Assembly (NCBI RefSeq): GCF_009914755.1
Contig: NC_060927.1
Strand: one strand, 5' to 3'
Origin: the human T2T-CHM13v2.0 reference genome, Homo sapiens
Length of the DNA: 64,000 nt
Under the pieces are notes generated by a model. That model saw only the letters and a program-made list of their open reading frames with translations. It was not told where the DNA came from and made no database searches. A program made the translations under genes and the position numbers. This document shows positions 28,268 to 41,000 of the stretch, piece after piece. Position 1 is the stretch's first letter. Every line of letters begins with the position of its first letter.

Positions 28268-31200
28268 TTGTTTCTAGTTTTTGTCAAGGGATATCATGTT
28301 TTTCACTATAGGCTACATAGGTTCATAAATATCCCTTCTAAATTCTATAAAAAGAGTATTTCCAACCTGGTAAATCAAAACACAAGCTCCATTCTGTGAG
28401 ATGAATTTATACATCACAAAGAATTTTCACAGATAGCTTGTTTCTAGTTTATGTCGCATGATATTAAGTTTTATACTATGGGCTTCAGTGGGCTCAGAAA
28501 TACCCCTTCCAAAATTCGAAAAATAGAGTGTTTCCAACCTAGTGCATCAAAACAGAGGTTCCCTTCTGTGAGATAAATCCACACATAAGAAACCATTTTC
28601 ACAGTTACTTTCTTTCTAGTTTTTATCCCGGAATTCTCTGTTTTTCACTATAGGCTTCAGTGGGCTCAGAAATGTCATTTGTAGATTCTACAAAAAGAGT
28701 GTTTCCAACCTGATGAATCAAAACACAGGATCCATTCTGTGAGATGAATCCACACATCACAAAGCATATTCACTGACAGCTCGTTTCTATTTTATATAAC
28801 GGGTTATCCCATTTTTCACTACAGGATTCAATGGGCTCAGAAATGTCCCTTTGTAGATATTTCAAAAAGAGTGTTTCCAACCTCATGATTCAAAACACAG
28901 GTTCCATTTTGTGTATGAATCCACACATCACAAAGTATTTTCACAAATAGCTTATTTCTGCTTTTTATCATAGAATATTCAGATTTTCCTTACGGGCTTC
29001 AATGGGCTCTGAAATGTCCTGTAGTAGAGTCTACAAACACAGTGTTTTTAACCTGGTAAATCAAAACACAGGTTCTATTCTGTGAGATGAATCCATACAT
29101 CATAAAGCATTTTCACAGATAGCTTGTTCCTAGTTTTTATAGTGGGATATTCAATTTTTCCTTATGAACCTCATTCGGCTCACATATGTCTCTTTGTGGA
29201 TTCTACTAAAAGAGTGTTTCTAATCTGGTGAATAAAAACACATGTTCCATTCTGTAGGTAAATCCACAGATCCCAAACATTTTCACAAATATCTTGTTTC
29301 TAGTTTTAATCGTGGGATATTCTATTTTTCCTTATGGCCCTTAATGGGTTTAGAAATGTCTCTTTGTAGATTATACCAAAATTGTGTTTCCAAACTGGTG
29401 AATCAAAACACAGGTTCCAATCTGCGAGATGAATCCACACATCACAAAGCATTTTCACAGATAGCTTGTTTTAGTTTACATCGCGATGTATTTGGTTTTT
29501 CCCTATGGGCTTCAATGGGCTCAGAAACATCAGTTCTTAGGTTTAACAAAAAGAGTGTTTCCAAGCTTGTGAATCAAAACACAGGTTCCATTCTGTGAGA
29601 TGAATCCATACATCACAAAGCATTTTCAGAGATAGCTTGTGTTTAGTTTATATCATGGATGTTTGACTTTCCCTATGGGCTTCAACAGGCTCAGAAATGT
29701 CCCTTCATAGACTCTAACAAAAGCATGTTTCCAACCTCATGAATCAAAACACTAGTTCCCTTCAGTGAAATGAATCCACACATCACAAAATATTTTCACA
29801 GATAGCTTGTTTCTAGTGTTGGTTGCGGGATATTAGGTTTTTCACTACCAGCTACAACGAGCTCAGAAATGTCCCTTCTAAATTTTACAAAAAGAGTGTT
29901 TTCAACCTGATGAATCAAAACACAGGTTCCTTTCTGTTAGATGAACCCACACATCACAGAACATTTTCAAAGATAGCTGGTTTCTAGTTTTTATCGCAAG
30001 ATATTCGGTTTTTCAATAAAGTCTTCAATAAGTTCTGAAATGTACCGTAGTAGATTCTACAAAAAGAGTATTTCCAACCTGAAAAATCAAACCACAGGTT
30101 CCATTCTCTGAGATGAATCCACATATCACAGAGCATTTTCACAAATAGCTTGTTTATAGTTCAGATCATGTGATATTCGGTTTTATACTATGGGCTTCAA
30201 TAGGCTCAGAAATATCCCTTCCAAGATTCTACAAAGGGAGTGTTTCTAACCTAGCAAATCAAAACACAGGTTCCCTTCTGTGAGGCGAATCCACACATAA
30301 AATACCATTTCCACAGATACATTATTCCTAGTTTTTATCGTGGGATATTCTGTTTTTCACTATAGGCTTCAATGGGCTCAGAAATATCTTTTGTAGATTC
30401 TACAAAAAGAGTGTTTCTAATGAGGTGTATCAAAACACAGGTTCCATCCTGCGAGATGAATCCAGACATCGGAAAGCATACTCACTGATAGCTTGATTCT
30501 AGTTTTTATGGAGGGGTAATCCGTTTTTCACTACAGGATTCAATGGGCTCGGAAATGTCTTTTCATAGATATTTTAAAAATAGTGTTTCCAACTTCATGA
30601 TTCAAAACACAGGTTCCATTTTGTATATAAATCTACACATCTGAAAGCATTTCCACAAATAACTTGTTTCCACTTTTTATCATGGGATATTCGGATTTTC
30701 ACTACAGGCTTCATTGAGCTCTAAGATGTCATATAGGAGATTCTACAAACAGAGTGTTTCCAAACTGGTAAATCAAAACACAGGTTCCATTCTGTGAGAT
30801 GAATTCATACATCACAAAGCATTTTCACCAACAGCTTCTTTCTAGTTTTTATCATGAGATACTCGATTTTCCTTATGGACTTCAATGGGCTCAGAAATAT
30901 CTCTTCGTAGATTCTACAAGAAAAGTATTTCCAATGTGGTGAATCAAAACACAGGTTCCATTCTGTGAGATGCATCCACACATCACATAGCATTTTCACA
31001 TATAGCTTGTTTCTTGTTTTTATAGTGGGATATTCGATTTTTCCCTGTAGCCTTCAACGGACTCAGATATGTCCCTTTGTAGATTCTGCAAATAGAGTGT
31101 TTCCAAGCTTGTGAATAAAAAAACAGGTTCCAATCTGTGAGATGAATCCATGCATCACAAAGCATTTTCACTAATAGCTTGTTCCTAGGTTATATCAAGG

Positions 31201-34200
31201 GATATTTGATTTTTTCTTACAAGCCTCAGTAGGCTCATGTATGTCCCTTCATGTATTCCACAAATAGAGTGTTTCCAACCTGGTGAATTGAAACACAGAT
31301 TCCATTCTGTGAGATGAATCCACTCATCACAAAGCATTTTCAAAGATTGCTTGTTTCTAGTTTTTATCAGGGGATATTCTGTTTTTCACTGTAGGCCTAA
31401 ATGGGCTCAGAAATGTCCCATCACAGATTCTACAAAAAAGTGGTTTTTCAACCTGTTAAATCAAAATGCAGGTTACATTCTGTGAGATATATCGACATAT
31501 CACGAAGCATTTTCATAGATAGCTTGATTCCAGTTTCTATCGCTGGATATTCTATCTCCTTATGGGCGTCAATAGGCTCAGGAATGTCCCTTCATATATT
31601 CAACAAAAAGAGTGTTTCCATCCCGGTGAATCAAAACACAGGTTCCATTCTGTGAGATGAATCGACACATCACAAGGCATTTTCACAGATAATTTGTATA
31701 TAGTTTTTATTGCAGGATATTCCATTTTCCTTATGATCTTCAATGGACTCAGAAATGTCCCTTTGGAGATTATACTAAATAGTGTTTCCCGCCTGGTGAA
31801 TCAAAACACAGGTTTCATTCTGTGAGATGAATCAACACATAACAGAGCATCTTCACAGATAGCTTGTTTCTAGTTTTCATCTCGGGATATTCGGTTTTGT
31901 CTTATGGGCTTCAAAACAGTCAAATATGTCTCTCCGTAGATTCTACAAAAAGAGTGTTTCTAACCTGGTGAATCCAAACACAGCTTCCACTCTGTGGGAT
32001 GAAACCACGCATCAAAAATCATTTTCACAGATAGCTTGTTTCTCATTTTTTTATCGTGGGATATTCAGTTTTTCACTATAGGTTTCAATGGATTCTGATA
32101 TGTCGCTTTGTAGATTCTACAAAGATAGTGTTTCCATCCTGGTAAATCAAAATAGAGGTTCCATTCTGTGAGATGAATCCACACATCAGAAAACATTTTC
32201 ACAAATAAGTTTTTTCTAGTTTTTATCACGGGATATGCATTTTTACACTGTAGGCTTCAATGGGCTCAGAAATGTCCCTTCATAGATTGTACAAAAAGAG
32301 TGTTTCAAAACACAGTTTTCATTCTGAGAGACGAATCCACACATACCAAAGCATTTTCACAGTTAGCTTTTTTTTTTTTCTAGTTTTTATCCCAGGATAT
32401 TCTGTATTTCAATATAGGCTTCAATGGGCTAAGGAAGGTCCCATCATAGATTCTACAAAGAGAGGTTTTCCAAGCTGGTAAATAAAACACAGGTTCTGTT
32501 CTATGAGATGAATCCACACCTAATGAAGCATTTTCATAGATAGTTTGTTTATAGTATTTATCACAGATATTCAATTTTTCAGTAAGGGCCTCAATAAGCT
32601 CAGAAATTTCCCAACATAGATTCTACAAAAAGAGTGTTTCCAACCTGGTGAAACAAAGCACAGGTTCCATTCTGTTAGATGAATCCATGCATTGCAAAGC
32701 ATTTCCAGAGTTTGTCTGTTTCTAGTTTTTATCGCGGGATATTCGTTTTTTCACTGTTGGCCTCAATGGGCTCAGAAATGTCTCTTCGTAGATACCACAC
32801 AAACAGTGTTTCCAAATCAACTCAAAACACAGGTTCTATTTTGTCAGCTAAGTCCACACATCACAAAGCATTTTCACAGATAGCTTGTTTCCAGTTTTTA
32901 TCTTGGGATATTTGATTTTTCCTTGTGAGCCTCAAAGAACTCAGAAGTGTCCCTTCATAGATTCTACCAAAAGAGTATTTCCAAACTGCTGAATCAAAAC
33001 ACAGTTTGCATTCTGTGAGATGAACTCAAACATCAAAAAGCATGTTCACAGTTAGTTTGTTTCTAATTTTTATCATGGGATATTCTATTTTTCACTATTG
33101 GCTTCAGTGGTCTCTGAAATGTCCCTTCATAGACACTACAAAAAGAGTGTTTCCAACCTGGTGAATCAAAATGCAGATCCCATTTTGTAAGATAAATCCA
33201 CACATCACAAAGCATTTTCATAGACAGCTTGTTTGTAGATTTTATATTGAGATATTCTGTTTTTCACTATCGGCTTCAACAGGCTCAGAAGTTTCCCTGC
33301 ATGGGCTCTACAGAGACTGTTTCCAAACTCTTGAAAGAAAATAGAAGTTCCGTTCTATGAGGTGATTCCAGGCATAACAAAGCCTTTTCACACATAGCCT
33401 GTTTCTAGCTTTATCACAGGATATTTTGTTTTCATTATAGGCTACAATGGGCTCAGAAATATTCCTCTGTAGATTCTACAAAAAGGAGTGTCTCCAGGCT
33501 TGTGAATAAAACCAGAGGTTCTAATCTGTGAAATGTATCAACACATCACAAAGCATTTTCACAGACAGCTTTTTTCCAGTTTTTATAGTGGGATATTCAA
33601 TTTTGTTATGGTTCTCAAAGGGCTCAGAAATGTCCCTTCATAGATTCTACAAAGGAGTGTTTCCAGGTCCATGAACCAAAACACAGGTTGCATTTTTTGA
33701 GATGACTCTACAAATCACAAAACATTTGCACCAATAGCTTGTTTCTAGTTTTTAGTCACTGGATATTCTGTTTTTCACTATCGGCTTCAATGGGCTCTAT
33801 AATATCTCTTCATGGATCCTACAAAGAGTGTTTTGTGTCCATCCTGGTGAATCAAAACGCTGGTTCCATTCTGTGGGATAAATCAACACATCTTAAAGCA
33901 GTTTCACAGATAGCTTTTTGGTAGTTTTTATCGCGGGGTATTTGGGTTTTCTCTACAGTCTACAATGGGCTCAGAAATGTTCCTTTGTAGATTCTACAGA
34001 GTGTTTCCAACCCGGTGAATCAAAACAGAGGTTCCATTATGTGAGATGAATCCACACATTAGAAAGCATTTTCAGTGATTGCTTGTTTTCTAGTTTCTAG
34101 CATGGGATATTCTGTTTTTCACTATTGGCTTCAATGGGCTCTGAAATGTCCCTTCATAGATTCTATTAAATGAGTGTTTCCAACCTGGTGAATCTAAACA

Positions 34201-34779
34201 CATTTTCAATTCTGTGAAATGAATCCACACACCACAAAGCATTTTCACAGATTGCTTGTTTGTAGTTTTTATATCAAGATATTCTGTTTTTCTCTATTGG
34301 CTTCAACAGGCTCGGAAATGTCCCTTTATGGATTCTACAAAAAGAGTGTTTCCAAACTCTTGAAACAAAACACAAGTTCCATTCTCTGAGATGAATCCAG
34401 ACATGGCTAAACATTTTCAGTGATAGCTTGTTTCTAATTTTTATCGCAGGATATTCAGTTTTTCACTGTAGGCTAAGATATGTTCAGAAATGTCCTTTCG
34501 TAGATTCTGGAAACACACTCTTTCTAACCTGGTGACAGGAAGCAGAAGTTCCATTTCATGAGACGAATCCACACATCACAAAACATTTTCAAAGAAACTT
34601 ATTAATAGTTTATATCTCAGATATTCTTTTTTTCACTATGAGCTTGAAAGGTCTCAGAAATGTCAATATGTAGGTACTACAAAAAGAATGTTTCCATGCT
34701 GGAGAGTCAAAACACAGGTTCCATTCTGTGAGATTAATCCACACATTACAGAGGATTTTCACAGATAACTTGTTTCTAG

Positions 34780-35086
<307 letters not shown>

Positions 35087-38000
35087 TTGTTTCTAGTTTT
35101 TACCGTGGGATATTCAATTTTCTTTATGGGCCTCAATGGCCTCAGAAATTTCCTTCATAGATTCTACCAAAAGCCTGATTCCAACCTGGAGAATCAAAAC
35201 ACAGGTTCCATTCTCTGAGATGAATTCACACATCACAGAGCATTTTGACAGGTAGCTTGTTTCTGGTTTTTATTGCAGGGTATTTGGTTTTTCTTATGGG
35301 CCTCGGTGGGCTCAGTAAAGTCCCTTCATAGATTATATCAAAAGAGTGTTTCCAACCTGGTGAATCAAAACACAGGTTTCATTCTGTCTGATGAATAGAC
35401 ACATCTGAAAGCATTTTCACAGATAGCTTGTTTCTAGTTTGTATTGTGGGATATTCAATTTTTCACTATAAGCTTCAATGGCCTCATAAATGTCTCTTTG
35501 TAGATTCTACAAAAAGAGTGTTTCCATGCTGGTGAATCAAAATACAGCTTCCATTCTGTGGGATGAATCTACATATCACAAAGTATTTTCACTAATAGCT
35601 TGTTTCCAGATTATATTGTGAGATATTCCATCATTCCTTATGGGCCTTATATCCTCACATATCTCCCTTCATGTATTCATCACAAGGAGTGTTTCCAATG
35701 TGTTGATTCAAAACACAGATTTCATTGTGTGAGATGAAACCACACATCACAAAGCATTTTCACTAATAGCTTGTTCTTAGATTATATAATGGAATAGTTG
35801 ATTTTTCCTTATGAGCCACAAAAGGCTAATATATGTCCCTATGTAGGTTCTATAAAAAGAGTGTTTCTAACTAGGTGAATGAAATAACAGGTTCCATTCT
35901 GTGAGTTGAATCCATACATCACAAAGCATTTTGACAGATAGCTTGTTTCCAGTTTTTATCATAGGGTATTAAATTTTTCTTATGTGCCTACATGGCTCAG
36001 AAAAGTCCCTTTGTAGTATCTACCTGAAGAGTGTTTCCAACCTGGTGAATCAAAATTCAGGTTCCATTCTGTGAGATGAATCCACACTACATAAAGCATT
36101 TTAACAGAAAGATTGTTTGTAGTTTTTATGGTGGGATATTCCGTTTTTCACTGTAGATTTCATAGAGGTCAGAAATATCCATTCCTATATTCTACAAAGA
36201 AAGTGTTTCCAACCTGGTAAATCAAAACACAGGTTCCATTTTGGAGATGAATCCACATATCACAAAGCCTTTTCAGAAATGACTTGTTGCTAGATTATGT
36301 CACATGATATTTGACTTATTTTTATGGGCCTCAACAATCTCACATATGTCCCTTCACAGATTCTACAAAAAGGGTTTTTCCAACCTGGTGAATTAAAACA
36401 CAGGTTCCATTCTGTGAGATAATCGAAACATCACAAAGCATTTTTACAGGTAGCTCATTTCTGTTTTTTATTGCAGGATATTCGGTTTTTCACTATAGGC
36501 TTTAATGGGTTGTGATATGTCCCTTTATAGACTCTACAAAGAGAGTGTTTAAATTCTGATCAATCAAAACACAAGATACATTCTGTAAGGTGAATCCACA
36601 CATCAGAAAGCATTTTCATTAATAGCTTGTTTCTAGATTTATATCATGGGATATTTGATTTTTCCTTATGGGCCTCTAAAGCTCACATATGTCCCTTTGT
36701 ATATTCTATGAATAGAGAGTTTTGAAACTGGTGAATCAAAACACAAGATCCATTCTGTAAGATGAATCCGCACATCACAAAGCATTTTCACAGATAGCTT
36801 CTAACTAGTTTTTATTGTGGGATATTCAATTTTCCTCATGGGCCTCAATGGACACAGAAATCTCCCTTCAAAAATTCTACCAAAAGAGGGTTTCCAACCT
36901 GGTGAATTAAATCACAGCTTCCATTCCATGAGATGAATCCACACATCCAAAGTCTTTTCACAGATAGCTTGTTTCAAGTCTTTATTGAGGAATATTCTGT
37001 TTCTCAATATAGGATTCAATTGGCTCAGAAATGTTCCTTTGTAGATACTACAAAAAGGGTGTTTCCAAGCTGGTGAATCAAAACACAGGCTCCATTCTGT
37101 GAGATGAATCCACACATCATAAAGTATTTCCACAGATAGCTTGTACATAGTTTTTATCGTGGGATATTTGGTTTTTCACGGTAGGCTTCAATGGGCTCAG
37201 ATATGTTGCATCGCAAATTCTGCAAAACAAGTATTTCCAACCTGGTGAATCCAAACACAGATTCTGTTCTGTGAGATGAATCCACATATCACAAAATGTT
37301 TTCACTAATAGCTTGTTCTAGATTATATAACGGGATATTCGATTTTCCTTATACACCTGAAGTTGCTCCCATTTATGTCTTCGTAGATTCTAAGAAAGAT
37401 AGTTCATAATCTGGTAAATCAAAACACAGGTTCTATTCTGTGAGATGAATCCAGACATCATACAGCATTTTGACAGATACCTTGTTTCCAGCTTTCAACA
37501 CAGGGTATTCGATTTTTCTTATGGGCCTCCATGGGCTTACAAAAGTTTCTTCCTAGATTCTACAAATAGAATGTTTCCAAGCTGGTGAATCAAAACACAG
37601 GCTGAATTGTGTGAGAAGAATTCACACATCACAACACATTTTCACCGATAGCTTGATTCTATATTTATCGCAAGATATTCAAATTTTTTCCTTATGTGAC
37701 TCAAAGGGCTCAGAAATGTCCCTTCATAGATGCTACCAAAAGTGTGTTTCAAAACTGGTAAATCAAGACACAGGTTGCATTCTGTAAGATGAATCCACAC
37801 ATCACAAAGCATTTGCACAGATAGCTTTTTTCTAGTTTTCATCGCAGGGTATTTAGTTTTTCACTATCGGCTTCAATGGGCATTGAAATGTCCCTTCGTA
37901 GATTCTACAAAAGGAGTTTCTGACCTGGTGAATGAAAACCCTGGTTCCATTCTGTGAGATGAGTCCAAATATTCCAGAGCATTTTCACAGATAACTGTTT

Positions 38001-41000
38001 GTAGTTTTTATATAAGAATATTCTGTTTTTCACTAACAGCTTCACAGGCTCGGAAGTGTCCCTTCATGGATTCTTCAAAAAAAGTGTTTCCAAACTCTAG
38101 AAACAAAACAGAGGTTCCATTCTGTGAAATGAATCCACACATTACAAAGCGTTTTCTCAGATTGCTTGTATCTAGTTTTTATCGCAGGATGTTTGGTTTT
38201 TCACTGTTCTCCTCAATGGGGTCAGGAAGGTGGCTTAGTAAATACTATAAAAATAGTGTTTCCAACCTGGCAAATCAAAACACAGGTTCTATTCTGTGAG
38301 ATGAATCCACACATCACAAAAAATTTTCACTAATAGCTTGTTTCTAGGTTATATAATGGGACATTCTATTTTTCCCTATGAGGCACAAAAGGCAAACTTA
38401 CGTCCCTTCATAGATACTGAAAAAGCAATGTTTCTAACCTAGTAAATCAAAATACACCTTCCATTCTGTGAGATGAATCCCCACATAATAAAGTATTTTG
38501 ACAGATATCTTGTTTTTAGTTTCTATTGCTAGGTATTCCATTTTTCTTATGAACTTCTAAGGGCTCAGAAAAGTCCCTTCATAGATTCTACCTAACAAAT
38601 GTTTCCAACCTGTTGATTCAAAACACAGGTTCCATTCTGTGAGATGAATCTCCACATCTCAAAGCAGTTTCACAGATTGCTTATTTCTAGTTTTTATTGT
38701 TGGATATTAGGTTTTTCACTGTAACCCTCAATGGACTCAGCTATGTCACTTCATAGATTCTATAAAAAGAGTGTTTCCAACCTGGGAATCAAAACACAGG
38801 TTCCATTCTGTTAGATGAATCCACACATCACAAAGTATTTTGGCTAATACCTTGTTTATAGATTAGATCACAAGATATTCAACTTTTACTCATCAGTCTC
38901 AATAGGCTCACATATGTCCCTTCCTAGATTCTACCAAAAGCATGTTTCAGACCTAGTGAATCAAAGCACAGGTCCATTGTGTGAGATGAATCCACACATG
39001 ACAAAGCATTTCAGATATCTTCTTTCTACTTTTTATTGTGAATTATGCAGTTATTTACAATAGGCTTCAATGAACTCAGAAATGTCCTTTTGTAGATTCT
39101 ACAAAAAGAGTGTTTCCAACTGGTGAGTCAAAACTTATGTTCCATTTTGTGAGATGAATCCACAGATCACAAAGCATTTTCACTAATACCTTGTTTCTAC
39201 ATTATATCATGGGATATTCGATTTTCCCTTATGGGCCTCAATAGGCTCACATATGTCCCTTCATTGATTCTGCCTAAAGCATATTTCCAACCTGGTGAAT
39301 CAAAACACAGGTTCCATGCAGTGAGATGAATCCAAACATCACAAAGCATTTTCACAGAGAGATTGTTTCTAGTTTTGAATGGGGGATATTTGGTTTTACA
39401 CTACAGGCTTCAGAGGGCTCAGAAATATCCCTTTGTAGATTCTAAAAAAGAATGTTTCCAACTGGTGAATCATAATCCATGTTCCATTCTGTGAGATGAA
39501 TCTACATATCACAAAGCATTTTCACTAATACCTTGTTTCTATGTTATATCACTGGATATTTGATTTTCCCCAATGGGCCTCAATAGGCTCACACATGTCC
39601 CTTTGCTGATTCTGCCAAAAGCATTATTTCCAACCTGGTGAATCAAAACACAGATTCCATTCTTTGAGATGAATACACACATCACAAAGTATTTCACAGA
39701 TAGCTTGTTTTAGTTTTTATCATGGGATATTTGGGTTTTCACTATAAGCTTCACTGGGCTCAGAAATGTCATGTCCCTTCTTAGATTCTACAAAAAGAGT
39801 GTTTCCCAGCTGGTGAATCAAAACACAGGTTCCATTATATGAGATGAATTCACACATCACAAAGCATTTTCACTAATAGCTTGTTTCTAGATTATATGAT
39901 ATGATATTTGACTTTTCCTTATAGGTCTCAGAACACTCACAAATGTCCCTTTGTACATTCTACAGAAAGAATGTTTCTAACCTGGTGAATCAAAATACAG
40001 GTTTCATTGTGTGAGGTGAATCCACATATCACAAAGCATTTTGACATATAGCTTGTTTCTAGTTTTCATCACAGGGTATACGATTTTTCTTAATGGCCTC
40101 AATGTCCTCAGAAATGTCCCCTTGTAGATTCTACCAAAAGAGGGTTTCCAAACTGGTGAATGAAAATGCAGGTTCCTTATGTGAGATGAATCCATGCGTC
40201 ACAAAGCATTTTCAAAGATAGCTTCTTTCTAGATTTATCACAAGATATTTGATTATTCCTTAAGGGCCTCAAATGGCTCAGAAACGTCTCTTCATCGATT
40301 CTGCCAAAAGAGTGTTTCCAAGCTGGTGAATCAAAACACAGCTTGCATTCTGAAAGATGAATCCACGCAACTGAAAGCATTTTCAAAAATAGCTTGTTTC
40401 TCTTTTGTATCACTGGAAGTTCTGTTTTACACCATCGGCTTCAAAGGACTCTGAAATGTCCCTTAATAAATTCTACCAAAAGTGCATTTTTAACCTGGTG
40501 AATCAAAACACGGGTTTTAGTCTGTGAGATGAATCCCCACATAACAAAGCATTTTCACAGACAGTTTGTTTGTAGTTTTGTATCGGAATATTTGATTTTT
40601 CACTATTTTCTTCAGCGGGCTCAGAAATGTCCCTTAGTAGAATCTACAAAAAGAGTGTCTTCAAACTCTTGAAACAAAATACAGGTTCCATTCTGTAATA
40701 TGAATCCAGACAGGACGAAGTCTTTTCACCAATAGCATTTTTTTAATCTTATATCATGAAATATTCGATTTTTCCTTACGGGCCTCAATAGGCTCACATA
40801 TGTCTCTTCGTAGATTCTTAAAAAAAGGATGTTTCCCACCTGGTGAATCAAAACACAGGGTTCATTCTGTAAGATAAATCCACTCACCACAAAGCATTTT
40901 CACAGATTGCTTCTTTCTAGTTTTTATAGCTTTTTACTGTCAGCCTCAATGGGCTCAGAAATATCACTTTGTAGATTCTATGAAAAGATGTTTTAACCTA

